Source of the DNA: the human T2T-CHM13v2.0 reference genome, Homo sapiens
DNA: 64,000 bases
Assembly: GCA_009914755.4 (NCBI GenBank)
Contig: CP086569.2
Span: forward strand, 3,392,001-3,456,000
Direction: 5' to 3'
The notes under the pieces were generated by a model. That model was not told the origin of the DNA and searched no databases. It worked only from the letters and a program-made list of their open reading frames with translations. A program made the translations under genes and the position numbers. Of the stretch, positions 12,906 through 27,842 are shown piece after piece. Position 1 is the stretch's first letter. Each line of letters begins with the position of its first letter.

Positions 12906-13002
12906 AAAAACAATTTTTTAAACATTATTTTGTAGTACTCCTTTTCTTTTCCTTTGTTTTTTCTTGTTTTTATGTACGTATGTATGTATGTATTTGTTTA
13001 TT

Positions 13003-13285
13003 TTTTAAACAGAGTCTGGCTCTGTCACCCAGGCTGGAGTGCGGCGGTGCGATCTCCGCTAACTGCAACCTCTGCCTCCCAGGTTCAAGCGATTCTCTGC
13101 TTTGGCATCCCAAATAGCTGGGATTACAGGCACCTGCCATCAAGCCAGGATAATTTTTGTATTTTTAATAGAGGCAGGGTTTCATCATGTTGTCCAGGCT
13201 GGTCTTGAACTCCTGACCTCAGGTGATCTGCTCGCCTTGGCCTCCGAAAGTGTTGGGATTACAGGCATGAGCCACCGTGCCCAGC
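13003..13285 (-). mobile_element. Alu SINE (minus orientation), preceded by a (TGTA)n/T-rich tract
   Basis: aaacagagtctggctctgtcacccaggctggagtgcggcggtgcgatctccgc...ggcatgagccaccgtgcccagc. Confidence 0.95.
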
Positions 13286-16200
13286 TCTATTTTCTAGTTG
13301 TCTTATTGTTTTTCATAACCATTCAAATTTCTATTATTTCAGTATTAAATTACTTTAGAAATGCTCACGGTTTTCCAGGCAAATTTTAAATATTATTTCT
13401 CCTACTTTGAAATTTGAAGAAAAATATATTTTGCATCTGGCTTTATTCTACTTAAAATCTCAACTTAAAAAGAAGCAAAAAAATGTGATTAAAGATCTAT
13501 TACTAGATTGAATATGTTAATTAGATAATGTACTATTATTACATCTATACCTGTTTGCAAAGTTCGATAAAAACAAATTTGTACCTGGAAAATAGGATGG
13601 AACCCTCTTAATTAACTAAACTGATAAGTTCTGGGGCTATGGACCCAATGTAGCTTCTGTGACTTTCAGAGAAGTAAATTTTGAAGAATCATATTAATAA
13701 AAACAAATTTTTTTTTAAAAAAACCTAGAAACCAGTTTCAAAAAAAGTTATACTTTTGTCTTCTGAATTAGAATTTTAAAACAGATATAACAAAATCTTT
13801 TTTCCCATACCTGGGATGAATTAATCTATAAGGAAAACCAGAATGTAATTAGACTATGATGACTGACAGTTAAACATACTTAAAGTTAACTTTTATCCCA
13901 GTAGTATGTATTTTTTAATCTTCTTTCCTTATGTTTGACTCTGCATGTCAAAATATAATATTTTAATAAAGACAGATTTTAACAGAAAAATTATACAGGA
14001 CTATATATTGTACTAATCTTAGCCATCACTTGTAGTTACACAGGAAATACCTTGGTAAGTATGAAAAATTATAAATTAATGCAGCACTTTGTGACACCAC
14101 TTAAAATTTAGCAAAGACGTATAAAATGAGATGTTTGACTTCTCTAAAACTTGCATTGCATAATAAAAGCCTATAAAGTGGTGACAAACTTTATGGAAAA
14201 AATGTTTTCGAAAGTGAAAAGAAAATTCAGTTTAAATGTTTACCTATAATTATTCACCACAGATCATAAAGTTTTATAAAGGGACCAGAACTTGAGATGC
14301 TTCTTAATTTTACAATTAGAAAAATTTAGGACACAAAATTGTTAGTAGCATGACTAAATGTGAATAGCTAATTAGTGCAGAGCCAGAAGTAAGGTATTAA
14401 TAGATGTGAACTTTAGATATAATTAATTAAATAGATATTATCACATGTTGCTGAACTGATAGGTAACAGCCAAGTCCCATGTACTTCTTTTCATTAGTTC
14501 TATCAAGGTTGTAACAAATACAATATTGTCTTCTTAGTAAACTATAATGAGATCTTCAGTTCAAAACACTTACCTCATTATTTTTCTCATGTTGAACAAA
14601 AAATGAAAAGCTATTTTGCTAGCAAGAATAATGATACAAAATTATTTTAATTGCACAGTATTAGGCATTTACAGGTTTATAATAAAGTATATTTGTCAAA
14701 GTTGTTAGTAATGGTGTAGCTGAGGTTTATTATGAAAGATTCTTTTAAAAATAAAGTTTTTCATGCTTTTATTGCTCTGAAAATAAAAAGATTTGTACCA
14801 ATTAATAAACACCACTATTGAATAAAGAAAAACATTTATAGGCAAATTGGTGATGATATATTTTTAATTTTCTATAATGTATTTAAAAGATAATTGGTGT
14901 TATTAACCACAAGAGATGACCCTTTTATCATAGTTACAAATACAGATAGTGTCCTTTAATACTGAAAATAATTCTATATCTTTTAAATACCTGAAAAAAA
15001 TGTCATTGGTAGAATGATTTTAAATAAAATTCTTTTAAAAAGCACCCGAAAAAGACATTTAGTCTTTATACACAATTTTCTTTATATTCTTCATGCCCCT
15101 TCTTTAAGGTGCTTCATTTAAACTTTTCAGTCAGAATGAAGCAGCATATGTTCACAAAGGAGCAGAAGCACAGAAAATAGCCTGAGTAAAGCAACTCGAA
15201 AAACAGATTTAATATGTTATTGCTTTTTAAATGTGAACTCTTATTTAGTTTTTTATTGCTTCAAGATTTGTTTATAAAAATGCTCATTAATTAATGGGCT
15301 ACATCTTTGTTGTCTTAAAGTAAATGATTAAAAATTTAAAAATGTCTGATTAATTTCTACTTACAGAGAAAGAACAACAACAAAAAACTTCTCTTAATTT
15401 TTTTTAAAAAATAGTATAACCCAAAAGAGTTCATTAGAATGTGTTATAAAATACACTTGGATTGTTTTATTATGATTATTATTTTCCTTGGGTCAAGTTT
15501 TGCTGTCCTTATAAATCTCAATGATCTTTGTTTCTATCCATACTCTGAATTCTATTTGTCATTCCAGCCAGTTTAGCCTGGTTAAGAACTCTTGTTAAAG
15601 AACTGGTGCAGTCATTTGAAGGACATACAACACTCTGGCCATTTGAGTTATTAGAGTTCTTGCATTGGTTCTTTCTCATATCTGTGTGTGGGTGCTCCTT
15701 TATCTGCAGTGTTGATTGAGTAAAATCAATAGGCTTATTTTCTGAATGTTTTCACTGGTCTCAGGCTTTGTGCAGGGTCTTTATTTGAAGCTGCCTTCTT
15801 GTCTCTGGTTTCAGAGGAGTGGATATTAGTGAGGTATTTTTGGTGTTGAAGCTTTGGGGTATAATCTAGAGGTAGTATATAGGCTTATTGGTCATTTGAT
15901 AGAATGTTTCTCAGCTGTATGGCTACCCTGTATTCTCACAGTTGCAGCCATGTTCCCTCTCAATGCTCTGAAAGTGTCGGTTCTTCTTTCCTTTGATTGC
16001 TGGCTGTAGATCCTTACATGGCACTCCTGGACTGCCCATTGCAGCTCTGAGGTAATCTCAATGTTTATGTTTCTTCCCCACCTTAGAGGCAGCAGAGGAA
16101 GAAATTTTAGCAGTGGTTGTGGTAGAGGGTTGTTAGCCTGTCTCTCAGAGTTTCCACCCCAGAGAGGTGCAAGTAACCAATTGCTCAGTGTAATTCACCC

Positions 16201-17782
16201 AGGATGGAGGGTCTGTGCTCTGGGCCCAAGCCAGGGATTTCCTGTCTTGTTACCAGCAGTGGGATATGTGTGGGACCTGTGGGAGATGGACTAGCCTCTT
16301 CTACTTTGGTTGACTGTAGCTTGTTGGAGGTGTTAAAAAAAATACTTAGGATCTTTAACACTTCTTTATTCTGAGAGTGGCAAGGGAAGTTCCACTGCAG
16401 AAGCAGTGGCAGAGGAGCTAAAGGAAAAAATAGCTGATTAAAAAAAAATCCTAATGGGTCTGACAGAGCTCAATAACACAATACAAGAATTTCACAATGC
16501 TATCACAAGTATTAACAGCAGGATAAACCAAGCTGAGGAAAGAATCTTAGAACTTAAAGACGTGTTCTCAGAAATAAGATGATCTGATAAAAATTTAAAA
16601 AAGAATAAAAAAGTGAACAAAACCTCCAAGAAGTATGGGATTATATAAAAATGCCAAATCTATGAATTATTGGCATTCCTGAAAGAGAGGGGGAGAAAGC
16701 AAACAGCTTGGAAAACATATTTCAGAATATTATTCATGAACACTTCCCTAACATTGTTAGAGAGGCCAACTGTCAAATTCAAGAAATGCAGATAACTCCT
16801 GCAAGATTCTACACACGAAGATCATGCCCAAGGAACATAATCATCAGATTTTCTAAGGTTGCTATGAAAGAAAAAATGTTAAAGGCAGCCAGAGAGAAAG
16901 AGCAGGTCACCTACAAAGGGAACCCTAACAGGCTAACAGCAGACTTCTCAGCTGAAACCCTAATGCCAGAATAGATTGGGGGCCTATATTCAACATTCTT
17001 TAGAAAAAATTCAACCAAGAATTTCATATCCAGTCCTAAGTGAAGGAGAAATAAGATCCTCCCCAGATAAGCAAATGTTGAGGGAATTCATTATCACCAG
17101 ACCTGCTTAACAAGAGATCTTGAAAAGACCACTAAATATGGAAAGGAAAGACTGGTACCAGCTAATAAAAAGCCACACTTAAACACACAGACCAGTGATA
17201 CTTTAAAGTAACCATACAAACAAGCCAACATAATAACTAGGTAACATCACAATGACAGGATCAAATCCACACATATCAATACTAATATCAATACAATATC
17301 AATACACATATTAATACTAATGCAAATGGGTTAAATATCCCCACTTAAAAGGCAAAGAGTGGCAAGCTGGTTATAAAAGCAAGACCCAATGTTATCCTCA
17401 AAAGACCCATCTCACAGGTACTGACACTCATAGACTCAAAATACAGGGATGGAGAAAAATATACCAAGCAAATATGAAACAGAAAAAAAAACAGAGGTTG
17501 CTATTCTAATTTCAGACAAAGCAGATTTTAAACCAACAAAGATCAAAAAAGACAAAGAAAGGCATTACATAATGTAAAGTGTTCAATTCAACAACAAGAC
17601 TTAACTATTCCAAATATATATACACCCAACATAGGAGCACTCAGATTCATAAAGCAAGTTCTTAGAGACCTACAAAGAGACATAGACTCTCACACAATAT
17701 TACTGAGAGACTTCAACACTTTACTGGCAGTATTAAACAGATCACTGAGGCCAAAAATTAGCAAAGATATTCAGGACCTTTA

Positions 17783-18150
17783 TTTGTCCTTTCTCGTGCT
17801 GCTATGAAGAAATACCTGAGACTGAGTCATTTATAAAGGAAAAAGTTTTAATTGATTCACAGTTTCGCAGGGCTGGGGAGGCCTCAGGAAACTTATTTAC
17901 AATTATGGCAGAAGGGGAAGCAAACACGTTCTTCTTCACATGGTGGCAGGAAGGAGAAGAATGAGCAAAGTGGGGAAAATACCTTATAAACCACTGGATC
18001 TCACGAGAATTCACTCATTATCATGAGAACAGCATGGAAAGCCCACCCCATGATCTAATCACATCCCAGGAGGTCCCTCCCCCAAAACATGGGGATTACA
18101 ATTCAGATTACAATTTAAGATGAGATTTGGGTTGGGACACAGAGTCAGAC
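17783..18150 (-). mobile_element. THE1-like MaLR solo LTR (about 367 bp) inserted in L1 ORF2, minus orientation
   Basis: Antisense of the THE1 consensus: ends read ...tgatatggtctgactctgtgtcccaacccaaatctcatcttaaattgtaatc... and ...cctttataaatgactcagtctcaggtatttcttcatagcagcacgagaaaggacaaata. Flanked by ggacc repeats consistent with a 5-bp TSD. Confidence 0.7.
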
Positions 18151-19462
18151 CATATCAGGACCTAAACTCAACACTGGAGCAAATGGATCTGATAGACCTT
18201 TACAGAACTCTTCACTCAAAAACAAAGAATATACATTCTTCTCATCATGACGTGGAATATATGCTAAAATTGATCACATAATTGGGCTCAAAATAATCCT
18301 CAACAAATATAAAAGAGCCAAAATCATACAGAACACACTCTCAGAACACAGCACCATAGAAACAAAAGTCAAGATTATAAAAGTTGCAAATTAAACAGCA
18401 TGCTCCTGAATGACTTTGGGGTAAATAATGAAATTAAGGCAGAAATCAAGAAGTTATTTGAAAATAATGCGAACAAAGATGCAACATACCAGAATCTCTG
18501 GGACATAGCTAAGGCAGTGTTAAGAAGGAAATTCCTAGCACTGAATGCACACACCAAAAAGTTAGAAAGATCTCAAATTATCAACCTAACTTTACAACTG
18601 AAAGAATTAGAGAAACAAGAACAAATCAACCCCATAGCTAGCAGAAGACAAGAAATAACAAAAATCAGAGCTTAACTGAAGGAAATTAACACACACACAA
18701 AAAAATTCAAAAGATCAACAAATCCAAACATTGAAAAAAAATTACAAGATAGACTAATAGAGAAGAAAAAAGATCCAAGTAAACACAATTAGAAATTATA
18801 AAGGGAATGTTGCTACTGACAGCACAGAAATAAAAGCAGTCATTAGAAACTATGATAAGCATCTCTATGCACACAAACTAGAAAACCTAGAAGAGATGAG
18901 TAAATTTCTGGACAAACACATCCTCCCAGGACTGAGCCAGAAGAAATTGATTCTCTGAACAGACCAATAATAACCTCCAAAATTGAATCAATAACAAATA
19001 GCTTGCCTACCAACCAAAAAAAGCCCAGGATCAGAAGGATTCACAGCCAAACTCTACCAGGTGTACCAAGAAGAGCTGGTATCATACCTACTGAAACTAT
19101 TCCAAAAAATTGAGGAGGAAGGACTCCTCCCCAGGTCGTTCTATGAGACTAGCATCATCTAGATACCAAAAACAGGCAAAACACAACAAAAAAGGAAACT
19201 TAAGGCCAACATTTTTCTGTGAATATCAATGCAAAAATCCTAAACAAAATACTTGCAAACCAAATCCAGTAGCACATCTAAAAGCTAATCTATCATGATC
19301 AAGTAGGCTTCGTCCCCAGGATTCAAAGTTGATAATTAATTATAATAAACCACAAGATAATCATGTAGTTTATCTCAATAGACACAGAAAAGACCTTTGA
19401 TAAAATTCAACATTCCTTCATATTAAAAATTCTCAATAACCTAGGTATTAAAGGAAAGTACC

Positions 19463-19982
19463 TGTGACGGTTAATACTGAGTGTCAACTTGATTGGATTG
19501 AAGGATGCAAAGTATTGTTACTGGGTGTGTCTGTGAGGGTTTGCCAAAGGAGATTAATATTGGAGTCAGTGGTCTAAAGGAGGCAGACCCACCCTTAGTC
19601 TTGGTGGGCACCATCTAATGAGCTGCTAGCACAGCTAGGATAAAAGCAGGCAGAGGAACATGGAAAGAGTAGACTGGCTGAGTCTCCAGTGCTGGATGCT
19701 TTCTGCCTTGAACATCAGATTCCAAGTTCTTCAGCTTTTGGACTCTTGGGCTTACACCAGTGCTTTGCCAGGGGATCTCGGGCCTTTGGCCACAGACTGA
19801 AGGTTGCACTGTCGGCTTCCCTACTTTTGAGGTTTTGGGACTCATACTGTCTTCTTTGCTCCTCGGCTTAAGACAGCCTATTGTGAGAATTAACCTTGTG
19901 ACTGCGTGAGTCAACACTCCTTAAACACCCTTTCATATATACATGTATACTGTTAGTCTTGTTCCTCTAGAGAACCCTAATA
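19463..19982 (+). mobile_element. MST-like MaLR solo LTR (about 520 bp) inserted in L1 ORF2
   Basis: Starts tgtgacggttaatactgagtgtcaacttgattgg, contains ...gtctaaaggaggcagacccacccttagtcttggtgggcaccatctaatgag..., ends ...gtcttgttcctctagagaaccctaatag (MaLR LTR termini). L1 ORF2 resumes immediately after it. Confidence 0.65.
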
Positions 19983-20535
19983 GCATACCTCTAAATAATT
20001 AGAGCCATCTATGACAAACCCAAAGCCAACATTATAATGATTGGGAAAAAGCTGGTAGCATTCCCCTTGCAATCCAGCACAAGACAAAGATGCCCTCTCT
20101 CTGCACTTCTATTCAACATAGTATTGGAAGTCCTAGCCAAAGCAAGCAGGTAGGAAAAAAAAAAAACAAAGTGCATCTGAACAGGTAGAAAGGAAGCTGA
20201 ATTATCTCTGTTTGCAGACAACCTAATTTTATATCTAGAAAACCCCACAGTCTTGGGCCAAAAGCTCTTTCAGCTGATAAACAAGTTTAGCAAAGTTGCT
20301 GTATACAAATTCAATGTATAAAAATTACTAGCATTTCTATTCACCAACAATAGTGAAACTGAGAGCCAAATCAGAAAGGCAATCCCATTCACAATTGCCA
20401 CACACACAAAAAATGCCTACAAATACAGCTAACGAGGAAAATGAATGGTATCTACGATGAGAATTACAAAACACTGTTCAAAGAAATCAGAGGAGACACA
20501 AAACAAATGGAAAAATATCTCATGCTCATGGATAG

Positions 20536-20946
<411 letters not shown>

Positions 20947-21771
20947 TGGAAAAAGCTATTTTAAAATTCATGTGGAACCAAAAAAGAACCCAAATAGCCA
21001 AGGCAATCCTAAGCAAAAGTAGCAAAGCTGGAGGCTTCATGTTACCCAACTTCAGACTATACTACGAGGCTACAGTAACCAAAACAGCATGGTTCTGGTT
21101 CAAAAACAGGCATATAGGCCAATGGAACAGAATAAAGAGCTCCAAAATAAGATCACCCTTCTATGACCATCTGATCTTTGACAAAGCTGACAAAAACAAG
21201 CAATGGGAAAAAGACTCCCTGTTCAGTAAATGGTACTGGGATAAATGGCTAGCTATATGTAGAAGATTAAAGCTAAACCACTTCCTTACACCATACACAT
21301 AATCAACTCAAGATGGATTAAAGACATAAATGTAAAATTTCAAACTGTAAAAACCCTAGGAGACAATCATCGTGGACATAGGAACGGGCAAAGATTTTAT
21401 GATAAAGACACCAAATCAACGACAACAAAAGCAAAAATTTAGAAGTAGGATCTAATTAAAGTTAAGAGCTTCTGCACAGCAAAAGAAACTATCAGCAGAG
21501 TAAACAGACAACCTACAGAATGGGAAAAAATATTTGCAAACTGCACATCTGACAAAGGTCTAAGTTCTAGCATCTATAAGGAGTTTAAACAAAATTACAA
21601 GAGAAAAACAAGCCCCATTAAAAAGTAGGCAAAGGATATGAACAGACACTTCTCAAAAGAAGGTAGACATGCAGCCAAGAAGTATATGAAAGAAAGTTCA
21701 ATATCAATGATCATTAGAGAAATGCTATCAAAATGACGAGATACCATTTCACACCAGTCAGAATAGCTACT

Positions 21772-21774
<3 letters not shown>

Positions 21775-21814
<40 letters not shown>

Positions 21815-21822
21815 GATGCTGG
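21775..21822. repeat. (AAT)n microsatellite inside L1
   Basis: aataataataat... about 16 units, read as IIIIIIII in ORF 21595-21855. Confidence 0.9.
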
Positions 21823-23786
21823 CAATGTTTTGGAGAAAAGGGAACACTTATACACTGTTGGTGAGAGTGTAAATTGGTTTAACCATTGTGGAAAGCAGTA
21901 TGGCTATTCCTCAAAGAGCTAGAAGCAGAACTACTGTTCGACCCAGCAATCCTATTACTGGGTATATACCCAGCAGAATATAAAGCATTCTACCATAAAG
22001 ACACATGCATGCATATGTTCACCGCAGCACAATTAACAGTAGCAAAGACATGGAATCATCACACATGCCCATCAATGACACATTGGATAAAGAAAATGTA
22101 CATATACACGATGGAATATTATGCAGCTAAAAGCAAAAAGAATAAGGTGATGTCTTTTGTGGGCACATGGATGGAACTGGAGGCTATCATCCTTAGTAAA
22201 CTAATGCAGGAAGAGGAAACTAAATACTGTATGTTCTCACTTATAAGTTGGAGTTAAATGATAAGAACTTATGATCACAAATAAGGAATCAACAGACACC
22301 GGGGTCTACTTGAGGGGGCAGGGGAAAAGGAGGGTGAGGAGCAGAAAAGATAACTACTAGGTACTGGGCTTAATACCTGGGTGATGAAATAATATTAACA
22401 ACAAATCTTCTTGACAGGTGATTATCTGTGTAACAAACCTTCACATGTACTCCCAAACTTAAAATAAAAGTTAGATAAAATAAATAAATAAATACATTTT
22501 AAATAGCATCTTATGCAAAAGCCCTACATTTATTTGAATACAGAGAACAATCTTATATTTTTCAAAAGCTATGTGGTGGTTTAAATATAAATCCTATTCC
22601 TTTTATTTATTTTGCATAACATAATGCTTAACAACTGCTATGTTATTTTGTTTAATAAACACATTAATATTTGTTAGATTTTCAATTTAGTAAATCATTT
22701 AACAGTAAATGACTTAAGAAATGTAGATGAAAATTAAGCTAAATATGTGTTTTTACTTTGTTTTATTATTGGATGTCCTAGGATTCTACTTACAAGATAT
22801 AAAATACGACCTCCTCAAAGATGACTGTAGTAAGGCTATAAAATACACTAAGCGTATAAAGAATTTTTAATAAGAAGATGACTGTTCCTTATTAGTGCTT
22901 TTGCTCTAGCCATGGAACTCATCTGCATAAGTAAAGACATGTTGTTTATAACAAGGTTTGGTTGTTCCCATAATGTCTGACTAGTCTGCAAGTTCAGAAA
23001 CTTATAAATAATAATTTCATAGTGTTGCACTTTTATAGAAACTTTGAATTTGGAATTAGAAACTACATCTAATCCCATTAAATGCCTTGAAATATGGCCT
23101 TAAACATTGTTTTAAATATTAGACAATATTGGTCTATATTTGGCTTTTATATCATTATGTGAGAATATAGTATCTATTATATTGGGTTTACCTTTGCAGT
23201 TCTGCAGTCTGTCAGATATTTTTGTACTAAAAGGATATACATTGAAACCAAGTATTCATTGTGACAAATGTTATATTAATATAATAAAAATTAAATAATA
23301 TATGAAGAAAGAAAACTAATACTTGTTTTGCCAAACTATTGTTTAGACAATTTTGTCACCACATTGTAAAGTTTACAATATGCCTAATATTCCTAAAACA
23401 TTTATTTAGTTAAAGGTCTCTCATAACCTTTCAATGGTTTTCTATTCTCTGCAAAGATAAATTTACTATTCTCCACTATCGAGCCTTAATTTGCCCATTT
23501 GTACATATCTCTCACTGTGTAGAGCTATATCACCCCTTGGGATTTTCTGTGTTAAAATAAATTATAAATATTCCCTCTGATTATTTTGTAAAAGAGTAAT
23601 TTTCATATTTTGCTCAGTGGAACCACAGGCCTCCATGTTTTTGCTGCAAGGATTCATTAAAAAATATAAAACTTGCCACCAAACTGTCTAAAAGAATGCT
23701 GTTACTGCATTATGTCTCATATATCAGGGTTCCACGTTACATTTGTTAAGAGAAAAAAAAGAATCAAATTCTCAATAAAAGTTTGA

Positions 23787-24137
<351 letters not shown>

Positions 24138-25354
24138 GCCATGAAATCTTCTGAAATTGAATAGTTTCGCATAGACAAACTAAATGACTATTTGTGGAGA
24201 TTTTTAATAAAAGTCTAATATTGTTTATCTTTAAATAAATTCATTGCTCTAAATAAACTAAGCCTCTTGGTATCTAATGCATTTTTTCCACTTCTATTTT
24301 CTTTCTGTTCTCTCAGTCACTTTCACTTTGTTCTTCTAAGTTCTACCATTTAAAATAGGCTCAGATCCTTCTTTTTCATAAAGCTTCAAAGTATCATTCC
24401 CTCCAGTCCACAGCAGTTGCTCAGTCATAGCATCCAATGTTTATCCCATTAACATCTCAGTTGCTTGCAAATCACCTTCTGACTTTTTTGATATTATTTG
24501 GTTAATTCAATGATTTTTAACAGTAGTATTTATGTGTTTCTGCCTTGTTATTGTAAACAATATTAATTTCTTTGAAAGCATAAACCATAACAGAGCAAGT
24601 TTGCATTCTACTCCCTGCCACTGTCTTTTACATAGTTAATCCTCAGTAACTATAGATATGCTTTGATAATTTTAAAAATGTTTTAGTAATATAGTAAAAA
24701 AAAGAAACCCAGTAGGTCGAATATTTTTGGCTTCTATTTTAAATGTATTATGTCAAATTATGGATTAAAATATCAGTATAGTTAAACAATATTAAAAATA
24801 GTTCATTATAGTTTAAATATCTTTTTATGTTCTGTGACAGTAAAACTACATGAATACATGATAGTAGGACATAAAAGCTATCAATATGGGATGAACTAAA
24901 GAAAGTGAGTGGCTGTAACAAAATGGAGATAAATAAATGGTGATATGCTTCAAAAGTGTAAAAACTATGAATAGTTTCAGCTGGGAGATATAGATAACTG
25001 TAATGATACGGTCCCCATTTATACAACATAAATGCTGCCCAAGCAGTAAATTAATGATTTTTCTTGAACCTACTGGGGAAGGACAATTTCAGGGTGAATA
25101 ATCACCCCCAAATTCTGGAGAAAGATATCGTCAGTGAAAAATAAGACACGAGCATTTGCTTGCCTGGGGTTTATGTCACTGGGTGCCACAAAAGTTGGTA
25201 GGCAGATAGAATAATACATTTTAATAAATAGCTAGTGGCTAACTGTGGGCTACTCTGAAAGTATAATGTTCCTAGAGTCTGTGGTTATGAGGAGTTCATA
25301 GATTTCTCCAAGAACGCAATCAGTCACTCAAAGGAAAAATTGAGAAGAATCCAG

Positions 25355-26872
25355 AAAGGTTCAATAGAAAAGAAATCATCTTTTCAACAATTACTACTGG
25401 GAAAATTAAACATCTACATGCAAAAGAATAAAATTGAACCCTACCTCACATCATACATAGCAATTGAATGAAAATAGATCTTAAATATAACAGCTGAAAG
25501 TATGAAATTCTTGGAAGAGAATATAGGAGAAAACTTTTATGACATTGGGTTAGACAAAGGTTTCTTGAATATGACATCAAAATACATGGAAAAAAACTTA
25601 GAAATATTGGACTTCATTAAAATTAAAACCTCTTGTACAGCAAATTATGACATCATGAAAGTGAAAGACAACTTAAAAAATGGGAGAAAATATCAACAAA
25701 TTATATATTTCATAAGGGATTTGTATTCATAACATGTTAGAAAGAAAGAAAAACTTATGACAATAAAAAAGTCAAATAACTAAATTTAAAAATAGTCAAA
25801 GTATTTAAACATTATTACAGTGAGGAGGTACAAATGGCCAATGAGGACATGAAAGGATGCTCAGCATCATTGGTCATTAGGACAATGCAAATCAACAGCA
25901 CAAGATAGCACTTTACAACCACTAGAATGACTATAGTAAAAAAAGCCAAACAATAACAACTGTTAGCAAGAATGTAGAGAAATAGAAATTCTCATACATT
26001 GTTGGTGGGTGTGTATAATTGTGTAGACACATAAAAAATGCTCAACATCATTTTCATCAGGGCAATGCAAATTAAAACAACAATGAGATACCACTGCACA
26101 TCTATTAAAAAGGAGAAAAATCCAAAACTTGACAACACTAAAGGCTGATGAGAAAGCAAAGCAAAACCACTTCATTTGTTGCTCATGGAAATGAAAAAAA
26201 TAGTTCAGTCACTTTTTGGAAATGTCTTATAAAGCTATACATAGAGTTGCCATAATATCTAGCAATCCCACTGAAACTGCTTACCAAGTGAACTGAAAAC
26301 TAATGTTGACACAAAAACTTTACTTATAATGTCCAAAAGGTGGAAATAACCAAAATGTAAATGGATAAACGTGGTGCACTGTATAAAAAATGCTATTCAA
26401 TAATATAAAAAATGGGGTACTAATTCAAGCAAATAGCTTTGCTTTTTCCTAAGTGAAAGAAGCCAGATCCAAAAGGCTAGACATTGCATAATTTTCTTAA
26501 TATAATATTATGGCAAAGGAAAAACTATAGTGATGAAACACATACCAGTTACTGGCAATGGTTGAAGAAATTATATATATATCCTTCCTTGCTTTTTCTA
26601 GCTTCCAGTGTTTTCCAGCAAACCTTGGTGTTTATTGGCCAGTGGATGCATCACTCCAATCTCTGCCTTTGTCTTTACATGGCCATCTTTCGCTGTCTGT
26701 GTCTCTGTGTCCCTTATTAAGACATCAGTCATATTGGATTAAGGGCTCATGCTTATGTCCTCACCTTAACTGATACATTTGCAATGACTCTTTGTTTTCC
26801 AAATTAGTATGAATTCTGAGGTACTGAGGTTAAGACTTCAACATATGCATTTGAAAACAAAAAATTAATGTA
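25355..26872 (+). mobile_element. old LINE-1 (L1MB/L1MC-like) 3' 1.5 kb, plus orientation
   Basis: ORF2 C-terminal homology (ORF 25502-25732 ...FLEENIGENFYDIGLDKGFLNMTSK...), then the characteristic L1MB/MC 3' end ...gtctctgtgtcccttattaagacatcagtcatattggattaagggctcatgcttatgtcctcaccttaactg...tgaggtactgaggttaagacttcaacatatgcatttg. Confidence 0.8.
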
Positions 26873-27723
26873 GAATGTAGAGCTAGTATTGGGAAAATAC
26901 AAAATGAGCCAGGAAGATCTTGTAGTGCCAGAAACTAAGATGGTGCTAAAAATTGAAAGAATGGGTCATGTCAAAATAACACAGGAACCAAACTTAAAAA
27001 GCTCTTGATGGCTGAAAGTTGAAGAAATTCGAGAAACAAAATAAGTAAAGTAGTACTGGATTCTAGCCCAAAGTATAAAATAAATATGAGTCCATACTGA
27101 TATAAATAAATATTTGGGTAAAAAATGAGGAAAAAAGATATGTTTCCCTATATAGAGAAAGTCTAAATAATTTATGTAGATACTTCTCTCTTCAGAGAGG
27201 CAGAAATTAACCGTACGCTTCTTGAGAGTAGACCATACTTAGAAATTTTCTTGCAAACAGTACATCATGGAAAGGAGAGAAAAAAAGAATAACTATACAG
27301 TGGAGAAACTTGACAGAAGTACCTCATCCAGGCAATCAAGGTTAACATTAACAGTGGTTTGGCATGTTGATTGCATGCAATCTTTCCATGATGTGATGAA
27401 TATGAAATTTTTGTGGTCTTCCTACTAAATACCCATAAAACAAATATAATCATTTAAAAGAAAAACAGCCATTTTTCAGTTGGGGGTTCTACAAAATATC
27501 TAATCAGTACTCTACTCCTAAAATGTGTCAAGGTAATCAGCAACAAGGTAAATCAGAGAATCTGTCAAAGTCTAGAGATGTCTAAGGAGACATGCCAACT
27601 AAATATAATATATTATCTTGGATGGGATTTTGTAACAGAAAAAGTACATTTGATAAAATGTCTGGAGGTTGGTTAATAATAATTTACTAATACTGGCTTC
27701 TTAGTTTTGAGAATATATACAAT

Positions 27724-27842
27724 GGCTACGGTCTGAGTTACACCTCCACTTGTTACAGTTCATGATGTACAGAAAAAACTTTAAGCAAAACTTAATATAT
27801 GTAAAGAGGTAGCTTTAGGCTAAACTTTGTTTAACAATTCCC
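27724..27842 (+). repeat. unclassified dispersed repeat, copy 1 (about 120 bp)
   Basis: About 85% identical to 34967-35083: ggctacggtctgagttacacctccacttgttacagttcatgatgtacagaaaaaactttaagcaaaacttaatatatgtaaagaggtagctttaggctaaactttgtttaaca. Confidence 0.5.

Noticed and set aside
17270-17330. Short caatac/taatat tandem-looking repeats
   Set aside because: Part of the degenerate start of L1 ORF2 (…SHISILISIQ…); too short and imperfect to call as a separate repeat feature.
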